In this document: positions 1-8,120 of the stretch, piece after piece
Layout: each line of letters begins with the position of its first letter
Numbering within the stretch: position 1 is the stretch's first letter
From: Candidatus Thorarchaeota archaeon
GTDB lineage: Archaea; Asgardarchaeota; Thorarchaeia; Thorarchaeales; Thorarchaeaceae
NCBI GenBank assembly: GCA_011364905.1
Contig: RDNZ01000039.1
Location: forward strand, 1 to 27,882
DNA: 27,882 nucleotides
Direction: 5' to 3'
Position numbers and translations under genes: made by a program
The notes under the pieces: generated by a model
Told to the model about the DNA's origin: nothing
Seen by the model: only the letters and a program-made list of their open reading frames with translations
The model's database searches: none

Positions 1-167
1 TTGAAAGAGAGATTGATGAGGATAACATTGTCATTTGTCGTCAGATTTCTGTGGCAACAGGTGGCGACACAGATTTTGTGTGCTACATGATGAGGAAGAT
101 TGTTGCAGAGTTGGAGCATATCTCAGACTACATCAAAGAATGTGCAGAAATCGTCGCGGAGATTTGA
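1..167 (+). CDS. 3' end of DUF47/PhoU-like (phosphate transport regulator) family protein, truncated at window start
   Basis: Not in the ORF track. The frame from nt 3 reads EREIDEDNIVICRQIS...MMRKIVAELEHISDYIKECAEIVAEI* (TGA 165-167), matching the E-x-x-x-D...LE-x-I-x-D-x-x-x-x-x-A pattern of DUF47 C-terminal helices. Confidence 0.65.
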   Translation, partial: EREIDEDNIVICRQISVATGGDTDFVCYMMRKIVAELEHISDYIKECAEIVAEI

Positions 168-173
168 TTCTAA

Positions 174-1943
174 TTGATGCAGGGACAGGAGCTATCAACA
201 ACACTTCTTGTCTTGATAGCTGGTGTTCTAATCCTTGGAGTGGCTATAGCAAAGGCAGCAGAACGATATAGAGTACCTCATCCTATCCCTTTGGTCGTAA
301 CAGGACTTGCTCTTGGACGCATCCTGCTCTATTTCAATCCTGAAACGCCACTGGTACAAATTGCAGGCTTCGACTTCATTGCTCAATTAACACTAGCAGC
401 AGTCCTTTTCTATGCAGGTCTGACATTGAATCTCCGCGAATTGCGTTTATCAATAGTCAATGTAATGCTACTCGCGACTATTGGAGTATTAGCCACCGCA
501 TTGATTGGTGGATTCACCATTGCGATAGCAACCGCTGCGATTGGCATACCAGTGGGAATTGCCGCATTTCTTATTGGAGCCATACTTGCTCCAACAGATC
601 CAGCCGCACTCTTTTCTGTATTGGAATCAGGAGGAATCAGAGTCAAGAGAAAGATATTCTCAATTCTAGAAGGAGAAGCAGTTTTCAACGATGCGACATC
701 TGTGATATTAGTAATCCTGGTCTTCGAACCAATCGTTATAGCTTCTCTAGCTAACATAACAGGTGGATCAAATTGGGGCCTCATTGTTGGTGAATTTCTA
801 GCAAGTATGGGTTTAGGTGTTGTCCTTGGCTACATTGTTGCACAGATAATCGGATGGGCAATACCAAAAGCCGGAGATGATACAAATGTTTCAATTCTGA
901 CAGCCACTACTCCATTTCTCGCATATGGGGTAGGTGAACTGTTCACAATATTCTATATTCATCCAGGTGCACTTGCTGCAGTCTTTACAGGTATTTTCAT
1001 GGCAAATGCACGAAGAATTGGAATTGAACCTTTACCTCAAAGATCAATGCGAGGCGTCATGAAAAACGTTTCATTCTTCTTTGAAATAGCAGTTTTCATT
1101 CTTTTAGGATACTCGTTGAGTGTTCCGCTCATTCCAGGAGAAGTTGAGATCAATGGTAGGATTATTCCTACAGAAACAATTGGTTTCGTGATTGAGTTTC
1201 CGGGTGTTCTTGTACTTGGACTTCTTACTGCTGTTTTAGTCATTCTAGTTGCGCGACCCATTTCGGTCTTTTTAGTAACAGCAGGGGACAGGAGAATGGG
1301 ATTCAAAGAGAGATTTTTCCTTAGCTGGGCGGGGATTAAAGGCGTCGCAAGTGCTGCACTCGCAGCTATATCAGTTACGGTAATCATCAATTATTCACGA
1401 ACGATAGAAGATGCAATTGCTCAAGGCACGTATATTAGCACCATTTCCACGATTGTACCAACGATTTACGCAATTGTTTTCATAGTACTTTTTGTGAGCC
1501 TTGTTGTTCAAGGATTATCAACTTCATACTTAGCAAATCTCCTTGGTTTGGCTGAGAAATATGACCTTGCGACAGAAATCACTGTTCATCGAAATGCAAC
1601 AAGACAAGCTCTTCTCAATCTAGTTGACCAATATACTGAGGGAAAGATCGATTCGGCAATGTATTCTCGTCTCAAATCCGAATTGGAAGAGGAAATCTAC
1701 ACACTTGAAGATAATCTTAGGAGGGTTCTAGCTGAAAGAAGAGCACAGATACAAGAACTCGGTATCCGCGAGGAAATCTTTAGGATAAAACTTGAGTTTT
1801 ACGAGAACCAATTTGAATCAGAGAAAATTACTGAGGGGACATTCCAGTCTCTGAAGAGCGAATTAGAAGCAGAAATAGAGGAAATTAGGAACAGAATTCG
1901 AAGGCAAGAGAAATCTATACCTGATGAATCTGAGGAAGATTAG
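174..1943 (+). CDS. CPA1/NhaP-type cation:proton antiporter with charged helical C-terminal cytoplasmic tail (ATG start at 177 possible)
   Basis: About 12-13 hydrophobic segments; CPA1 motifs GAILAPTDPAA, LEGEAVFND, VARP and WAGIKG; charged C-terminal tail. Confidence 0.9.
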   Translation: MMQGQELSTTLLVLIAGVLILGVAIAKAAERYRVPHPIPLVVTGLALGRILLYFNPETPLVQIAGFDFIAQLTLAAVLFYAGLTLNLRELRLSIVNVMLLATIGVLATALIGGFTIAIATAAIGIPVGIAAFLIGAILAPTDPAALFSVLESGGIRVKRKIFSILEGEAVFNDATSVILVILVFEPIVIASLANITGGSNWGLIVGEFLASMGLGVVLGYIVAQIIGWAIPKAGDDTNVSILTATTPFLAYGVGELFTIFYIHPGALAAVFTGIFMANARRIGIEPLPQRSMRGVMKNVSFFFEIAVFILLGYSLSVPLIPGEVEINGRIIPTETIGFVIEFPGVLVLGLLTAVLVILVARPISVFLVTAGDRRMGFKERFFLSWAGIKGVASAALAAISVTVIINYSRTIEDAIAQGTYISTISTIVPTIYAIVFIVLFVSLVVQGLSTSYLANLLGLAEKYDLATEITVHRNATRQALLNLVDQYTEGKIDSAMYSRLKSELEEEIYTLEDNLRRVLAERRAQIQELGIREEIFRIKLEFYENQFESEKITEGTFQSLKSELEAEIEEIRNRIRRQEKSIPDESEED

Positions 1944-2005
1944 GTGCCCTATTTATAGAATCTTTTTTCAATCAGTGAATTTGTGATTTGCATTGAGTAA
2001 AGATA

Positions 2006-4813
2006 ATGTCTGAAGAGGAAATTGGATTGACAACAGATTTCGTTGACTATGATGATTGCTTACAAATTCTGGGAGCAGATGCTGAAGGTCTAGCGAATGA
2101 AGAGGCTCGAAATCGACTAGAGGAATACGGGAATAACAGTCTGACTGTTGAAACGGGCGACAGCGCATTCATCATGTTTCTTAGACAGTTCAAGTCTCCA
2201 CTCGTCTATGTTTTAATACTCGCCGCGGTAATCTCACTAGTAGGAGGACATGTGGAAGACACGGTAGTTATTGCTGTAATTCTCATCATCAATGCAATAA
2301 TTGGATTCACACAGGAGTGGAGGGCAGAAAAGACAATTGAATCAGTTAAGAAATTAATCGAGGAGAAATCAACAGTCATCCGTGAAGGCGAGGAGTTGGA
2401 AATATCATCATCCGAAATCGTTCCCGGAGACATTTTACTTTTGAGAGCCGGAGAGAAGGTGCCAGCTGATTCCCGTGTGATCTTTGAGAGAAATCTTCAC
2501 GTTGATGAGAGTCTTCTAACTGGTGAGAGTGTACCATTAAAGAAAGATGTAGTATGTCTTGTAGAAGAACCACATTATTATGAGGAATCAAACAAGGTTT
2601 TTGCAGGATCGTTTGTCACCCAAGGTAGAGCACGGGTCCTTGTTGAGAAAACTGGAGATAGTACAGTTCTGGGTGAAATCAACAAAGAATTACAGGATGT
2701 TAGGAAAGAACCAACATCAGTTGAATTACGACTAAAGAGATTGAGTCTATTCTTTCTAGCACTTGCATTTATCTTTCTGATATTAACACTTCTTCTTGGT
2801 AGTTATAGGGGAATTGAAACATATGAACTGATTCTGTTCTCACTATCTGCATTAGTATCTGCAATACCCGAGGGACTTATTGCAGTAATCACCATTGTTC
2901 TTTCCGTCGGCGTTTACAGACTTTCTCGGAAAAATGTGATTGTGAGAAACCTTAGTGTTGTTGAAACCCTTGGTCTTGTTGATGTGATCTGTTCAGACAA
3001 GACAGGGACCCTCACACGAAATCAGATGATGGTGAGAAGAATTTTTACACCGCACCATTTCTATGAATTAAGTGGCATTGGTTTTGATGCTGAAAGCGGG
3101 GGAATCTTTCTAGAAGGATGCGGTCCGGTTGGATGCCTGCGTTCAGAGGAACCTCACGAAATATTCGACCAGGATTCTGAGGTGAGTAATAGAATTGGCC
3201 ACGAAAGACTAAGAAATTTCCCTGACTTAGAAATGCTTCTTACCTATATGTCAATCTGCAATGATTCAGAATTGTACACGGAATGTCTTGATGAAAAGGA
3301 TGCTGTAGCGAAATGTACAGGCAAAAGCAGAGTCTGGAAAATTCGAGGGTCGCCCACTGAAGCTGCATTGATTGTAGCATTAGAAAAAGCAGGTCTCCAC
3401 AAATATGTATTGAATGAGTCATGGCCAAGAATAGCTGAGATTCCCTTTACCAGTGATAGGAAGTATATGGCAACGTTGCACAGTCCGAGTCGCTCAATCC
3501 AGCTTGGTTCGACCAAAACAAACAAAGACTCAAACCTAATTGTCGTAAAAGGGGCACCAGAGAGAATTGAGGCATTTTTGCAGAAAGCATCAGGAACAGA
3601 AGAAGTGGTTGCCGAATTCGCATCACAGGGGCTTCGAGTACTAAGTTGTGCTATCAAACATGTACCCAAAAATAAACTGCAGGTAACGACCGATGATCTT
3701 CATGATCTAGAATTCATTGGTTTGTGTGGTATTAATGATCCTCCTAGAGAAGGCGTTGCGGATTACATCAAAAAATGTGAAAAAGCAGGTATAGAGGTCA
3801 TAATGATCACAGGAGACAATGAATTAACAGCAAAGGCAATAGGTGAAGAAGTGGGTATCTTCAAACCTGAGGAAGGTGATATCGGAATCTCTGGTGATGT
3901 CATCGATAACATGGATGAAAATGAACTTGAAGATGCCCTTGAGAACCATGCTACTGTTCTATCTAGAACAAGTCCCATCCATAAGCTTAGAGTTGTAAAG
4001 GCTCTTCAGAAGAAAGCTAAGATTGTAAGCATGACTGGTGACGGCGTGAATGACAGTCCTGCTTTGCGACAAGCGAATGTTGGGATAGCAATGGGGATTA
4101 CCGGGACGGACATCGCCAAGGAAGCCTCAGATATTGTACTCCAAGATGAACGCTTCGAGTCTGTTGTTGATGGTATTGATGAGGGAAGGCATATCCTGAA
4201 CACATTTCGCCGTGTTGTTCTTTTTCTCACTTCGACGAACTTCGCAGAGAGTTTTGTTATTTTGGCTACACTATTGCTCTTCGTTGATCCTATTCTGTTG
4301 CTCCCGCTTCAGATTCTTTGGGTAAACCTAGTAACAGATGGACTGTTGGACATAGCAGTTTCAATGGAACCAAAGGAGAAAGGGCTACTTGACCAACCTC
4401 CAATCTCGATGAAAGAACGAGTTTTATCGAAACAGACTTTGAGTAGAGCACTGTTCTATGGAGGAACAATGGCTGCAATCGTGATGGTAGTATATTTCCT
4501 ATATATAGGTCAAGGAATCAAGCTTAGGACTATGCTGTTTGCAACTCTTATTATCACTCAGTGGTTCAGTGCGCAAAACTGCAGATCTCCAACCAAATCA
4601 GCTTTCGAAATGGGAATTCTGAAGAACAAGGTTCTGTTGGTGGTTTATGTGATTGATATATTACTCGTAGCGTTGTTGTTCCTTGTTCCTCCATTGAGCG
4701 CTTTATTTGAATTGAGCCATATTGCACCATTGGAGTGGATATTCGTGACAAGCTTGTCCTCGATTGTCTTTATCATTGAAGAAATCAGGAAATGCCTCGC
4801 TAAAAGGTTATAG
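2006..4813 (+). CDS. Cation-transporting P-type ATPase, type IIA (Ca2+-ATPase-like)
   Basis: Motifs TGES, IPEGL, phosphorylation site DKTGTLT, KGAPE, DPPR, MITGD, MTGDGVNDSPAL, and LWVNLVTDG in TM6. Confidence 0.95.
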   Translation: MSEEEIGLTTDFVDYDDCLQILGADAEGLANEEARNRLEEYGNNSLTVETGDSAFIMFLRQFKSPLVYVLILAAVISLVGGHVEDTVVIAVILIINAIIGFTQEWRAEKTIESVKKLIEEKSTVIREGEELEISSSEIVPGDILLLRAGEKVPADSRVIFERNLHVDESLLTGESVPLKKDVVCLVEEPHYYEESNKVFAGSFVTQGRARVLVEKTGDSTVLGEINKELQDVRKEPTSVELRLKRLSLFFLALAFIFLILTLLLGSYRGIETYELILFSLSALVSAIPEGLIAVITIVLSVGVYRLSRKNVIVRNLSVVETLGLVDVICSDKTGTLTRNQMMVRRIFTPHHFYELSGIGFDAESGGIFLEGCGPVGCLRSEEPHEIFDQDSEVSNRIGHERLRNFPDLEMLLTYMSICNDSELYTECLDEKDAVAKCTGKSRVWKIRGSPTEAALIVALEKAGLHKYVLNESWPRIAEIPFTSDRKYMATLHSPSRSIQLGSTKTNKDSNLIVVKGAPERIEAFLQKASGTEEVVAEFASQGLRVLSCAIKHVPKNKLQVTTDDLHDLEFIGLCGINDPPREGVADYIKKCEKAGIEVIMITGDNELTAKAIGEEVGIFKPEEGDIGISGDVIDNMDENELEDALENHATVLSRTSPIHKLRVVKALQKKAKIVSMTGDGVNDSPALRQANVGIAMGITGTDIAKEASDIVLQDERFESVVDGIDEGRHILNTFRRVVLFLTSTNFAESFVILATLLLFVDPILLLPLQILWVNLVTDGLLDIAVSMEPKEKGLLDQPPISMKERVLSKQTLSRALFYGGTMAAIVMVVYFLYIGQGIKLRTMLFATLIITQWFSAQNCRSPTKSAFEMGILKNKVLLVVYVIDILLVALLFLVPPLSALFELSHIAPLEWIFVTSLSSIVFIIEEIRKCLAKRL

Positions 4814-4829
4814 AAGTTTGATCCAGTAC

Positions 4830-5420
4830 CTAGTCACAGTCGTTGCTTGTAGGTTGCATGCACTTTTCCTTTAGCTCGGTTCGTCCTATGACTAGCCGCA
4901 CTAGTCCATTGGCAAAAAGGGCGATGACAAGGAGAATTAACATCGCGGAAACACCAACATTTGGAAATATGAAAACAAAAGCCGCTAGGTTGACCGTAAG
5001 GATGCCTACAAGCACTTGCAACATTTGAATCCAAATTGGTACGTTTCTGATTAGTAGACCCAACACCAATCTTGAAGTTCCTACCATTAGCATTGCTATT
5101 GCTGGATAGAGTATTAGCAGCTCAGGATTAAGCGAGAGAAATATGAAGTCGATGAGTGATATGATAATGGCAACTAATCCTGTGACAAACATGAACAGCC
5201 TGGCATATTTGTTGTCACGAAGGATATAGACACTCCAGAGAATCCATGCTATACCCATTGTTATTAGTCCTAGGGAAAGTACTTCAAATGCGTAAGCAAA
5301 ACTAATTGTAAGTTCCAATACTGCAATTATTGCTACAACTATGACGATGATACCTATTGCATCGTCGAGCAAATCAATCCAAGATGATTCTTGCTTCCCA
5401 CTCATAAGAAAATAGCTCAA
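4830..5420 (-). CDS. HdeD/DUF308-like multi-pass membrane protein (ATG start at 5405 possible)
   Basis: Six hydrophobic segments in a duplicated three-helix pattern, with G-x-x-R-L-V motifs (GTSRLVLG, GLVRLVIG) typical of DUF308 repeats. Confidence 0.55.
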   Translation of the reverse strand: MSYFLMSGKQESSWIDLLDDAIGIIVIVVAIIAVLELTISFAYAFEVLSLGLITMGIAWILWSVYILRDNKYARLFMFVTGLVAIIISLIDFIFLSLNPELLILYPAIAMLMVGTSRLVLGLLIRNVPIWIQMLQVLVGILTVNLAAFVFIFPNVGVSAMLILLVIALFANGLVRLVIGRTELKEKCMQPTSNDCD

Positions 5421-5444
5421 ATGTTGAGAGTTATCTCTTTCGGT

Positions 5445-6101
5445 TTAGAGTTGAATCTTCTTGTAGGCATCAGGAATCCTGATTCCTGTCTTGCCAGCGA
5501 AAACATCTCTCAGTAGTTCAACGTGCTCATCAAGATCCTTGAGTAATTTGTCTCTAGCATGCTGTTCGATGTTTGGTTCAATACCCCAAATCGTGAGGTA
5601 ATTACTGACGACACCAATATCAACTGCGCCTTCTTCAAAATCCCTGAAGATTGTGAGTTTGACAAGAAACTCTGCTTCATACATATTCAATATGTCACGC
5701 ACACTGATCATGATTAAATCAAGGAATCCTATTAGGTCCTCAAGCTCTTGTGTGTCTTGGAGATTCCCACGCATGGTCTCAGTCAGTGTCTGAATCTTTG
5801 AGGATGTGTGACGAAGATTCTCAAACATGTGCATCAGTTTTGTGAACTCTCTGATGGAGGTTTCAAGAGCTGGCACAAGCTTGTCGTATAGGGTGACTAG
5901 GAGGATACCTTTCGCATTCTCTCGTATGTTCTGAAAACTATCAAGTTTCCCTAGAGGACCATCTAGATGCTCAATTTGCATGATAGTGTTTGTCACTGCC
6001 TGAATGGCTTTAACCGACTTCCTTTGGATATTTGCCCATTTCTCGACAAAGGTGTCGAGCCCCTCGCGAAGGTCGTCAAGCGTATCTAGGTAGTGTGCCA
6101 T
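5445..6101 (-). CDS. All-helical protein with CINP/C1orf109-like motifs (putative eukaryotic signature protein)
   Basis: 218-aa soluble ORF. The C-terminal MYEAEFLVKLTI...NYLTIWGIEPNIE resembles the CINP motif MYxxELLLKxTV...YLSxWxxQPYVE as I recall it; N-terminal FVEKW helix. Confidence 0.65.
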   Translation of the reverse strand: MAHYLDTLDDLREGLDTFVEKWANIQRKSVKAIQAVTNTIMQIEHLDGPLGKLDSFQNIRENAKGILLVTLYDKLVPALETSIREFTKLMHMFENLRHTSSKIQTLTETMRGNLQDTQELEDLIGFLDLIMISVRDILNMYEAEFLVKLTIFRDFEEGAVDIGVVSNYLTIWGIEPNIEQHARDKLLKDLDEHVELLRDVFAGKTGIRIPDAYKKIQL

Positions 6102-6206
6102 TATATTCCACCAGCTTCTTCATTTTCTGCCATATAAGACATTCTGCGGGGGCACATTTTCCAGAAATGTTCAAAATAGAACATTTTCCGGAGCGATTCA
6201 GAGTTG

Positions 6207-6740
6207 CTATATCAGCTTCAAAAGGTCACTCCTAGTGATGATTCCCTGAAGTCGTCCTTGGGTCATTATCAGGACAGCTTGATATCTCTCAAAAAGCGGA
6301 ATTATGACATCGACAGATGTATTCTCATCAACTATGATCGTACCGCCGAGACTCATAACTGATTGTACAGAAATTTCCCGGAGATTGTGTTTGAGATTTC
6401 GAATGACGTCCCATTCAGTGATAATTCCCAAAATCTGAGTGCCTCGCACCACCGGCAGCTGTGAATATCCATGTTTCTGCATTAAAGTCACTGCGAGTGA
6501 AACGGTATCACGTGCATCAACAGTGACAGGCGCTAGCGTCATGATTTCCGAGCAAACCTTACTGCTACTTTTTGTTAGGACTTCTACGACTTTCCTTACT
6601 AGAGAGAGTTTGGGGTCAAGTGAGCCATTCTCAAGTCTAGCTATATACGACTGTGAAACTCCCACCTGATTAGCAAGTTCAGCCTGTGTAAATCCCTTGC
6701 TTAATCGCAATCGTCGGATATCGTCAGATGTGAGAATCAT
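6207..6740 (-). CDS. XRE-family HTH transcriptional regulator with C-terminal CBS pair (COG3620-like)
   Basis: N-terminal IRRLRLSKGFTQAELANQVGVSQSYIARLENG (Cro/XRE HTH); two CBS motifs (YSQLPVV...LGIITEWD; GIITRSDLL). Confidence 0.92.
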   Translation of the reverse strand: MILTSDDIRRLRLSKGFTQAELANQVGVSQSYIARLENGSLDPKLSLVRKVVEVLTKSSSKVCSEIMTLAPVTVDARDTVSLAVTLMQKHGYSQLPVVRGTQILGIITEWDVIRNLKHNLREISVQSVMSLGGTIIVDENTSVDVIIPLFERYQAVLIMTQGRLQGIITRSDLLKLI

Positions 6741-6748
6741 GTGTCGAA

Positions 6749-6765
6749 TATTCCTATTAGGAATA
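6749..6765. promoter_or_regulatory. Palindromic operator candidate TATTCCTA-T-TAGGAATA
   Basis: 8-bp perfect inverted repeat with a 1-nt spacer, 8 nt upstream of the HTH-CBS start codon, in the divergent intergenic region shared with SAM synthetase. Confidence 0.55.
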
Positions 6766-6866
6766 AAAATATTTGTCTTTGATGATTGTAGGTCATATTT
6801 TTGTCACTTAACATAAGCTATAAATGGACTTCGAAACGCGGCCGTGGAAAAGATGAGTTGATTATA

Positions 6867-8066
6867 ATGAATTTGAAAGTCACACGTGGAGCTGGACCTC
6901 CTGTTGAGAAGCTCCCAGTAGAGATTGTTGAGAGGAAAGGGAAAGGTCACCCTGATACTCTATGTGACAAAGCTGCTGAGGAGTTGTCAGTTAGGTTAAG
7001 CGAGTATTATATGGAAGTTTTCGGCCAGGTCCAACATCATAATGTGGACAAAGTCCTGCTTGTTGGAGGGCAATCCAATGCTAAATTCGGCGGCGGGGAT
7101 GTTATCGAACCCATTTACATTCTGATGAGTGGGCGAGCAGTCGATGTTGTTGACAAGGATTACGAGCGAATCGTTCCTGTTGGCAAGTTTGCTGTCGAAC
7201 ATACTAGAGACTGGTTGAGCAAGGACCTTCCTCACCTCGATGTGAACTCTGATGTGATCATCGACTACAAAATCAGAGCTGGAAGTACAGATCTGGTCGG
7301 CAACTTCGACCTTGAGAGAGATGTACCAAGAGCTAACGATACAAGCTTTGGCGTCGGTTATGCCCCACTGTCACCGACCGAGTTAATCACTCTTGAGTCC
7401 GAGCAACTTCTGAACAGCGAGAAAGTCAAGAAGGAGTGGCCACAGATCGGCGAGGACATAAAGATCATGGGAACAAGGATTGATAACAAGATTCACGTCC
7501 AAGTTGCCTCAGCTATAATCTCCAGTGAAACAAAGGATGCAGATGAATATGCCAATGTCATGCAGGGAATCTGTGATATGTTAGGAGACCTAGCAACAAA
7601 AATCACTGATTTAGAAACTGAAATCAGCGTCAATACTGCAGACAGCCCTGAAGATGGTCTGTTTTACCTCACAGTCACTGGCACATCAGCTGAGCATGGA
7701 GATGATGGACAGGTGGGTAGAGGGAATCGTGCTAACGGTCTAATCACTCCATATAGACCAATGACACTCGAGGCGGCTGGCGGTAAGAACCCAGTATCAC
7801 ATGTTGGCAAGACATACAATGTGGCAGCGAGAGAGATAACTGAGCGGGTCTACAAGGAGCATCCGGATCTCTCACAGGTCTACTGTTACCTTGTAAGCCA
7901 GATTGGTGCGCCTATCACTGAGCCAAAGGCTGTCAATGTCGAGCTTTTCGGAGACTGCGACATCGACAAAGTCAGATCATCAGTTGAGTCAATTACAGAG
8001 GAAGTCATTGCCAAGCTCCCACGAGTCTGGGAGGGCTTTGTCAAGCGGCAATATCAACTCTGGTAG
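6867..8066 (+). CDS. mat: Archaeal-type S-adenosylmethionine synthetase (methionine adenosyltransferase)
   Basis: Motifs [50 protein letters not shown] and [17 protein letters not shown] 6867 is preferred over the upstream TTG at 6801. Confidence 0.96.
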   Translation: MNLKVTRGAGPPVEKLPVEIVERKGKGHPDTLCDKAAEELSVRLSEYYMEVFGQVQHHNVDKVLLVGGQSNAKFGGGDVIEPIYILMSGRAVDVVDKDYERIVPVGKFAVEHTRDWLSKDLPHLDVNSDVIIDYKIRAGSTDLVGNFDLERDVPRANDTSFGVGYAPLSPTELITLESEQLLNSEKVKKEWPQIGEDIKIMGTRIDNKIHVQVASAIISSETKDADEYANVMQGICDMLGDLATKITDLETEISVNTADSPEDGLFYLTVTGTSAEHGDDGQVGRGNRANGLITPYRPMTLEAAGGKNPVSHVGKTYNVAAREITERVYKEHPDLSQVYCYLVSQIGAPITEPKAVNVELFGDCDIDKVRSSVESITEEVIAKLPRVWEGFVKRQYQLW

Positions 8067-8089
8067 TTCGCGAAACAAAAGAAGAACAG

Positions 8090-8120
8090 AGGGCAGAAGA
8101 CTCTGCCCTACATCTTTTTT
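8090..8120. terminator. Hairpin between convergent genes, possible bidirectional terminator
   Basis: AGGGCAGA-agac-TCTGCCCT (8-bp stem), followed by a T run on + and preceded by an A-rich tract (T-rich on -). Confidence 0.55.

Noticed and set aside
35-271. 78-aa Cys-rich ORF
   Set aside because: Out-of-frame overlap with the DUF47 3' end and the antiporter start, which explain the region better.
5722-5740. CCTATTAGG core resembling the 6749 palindrome
   Set aside because: It lies within a CDS and the outer arms do not match; likely chance.
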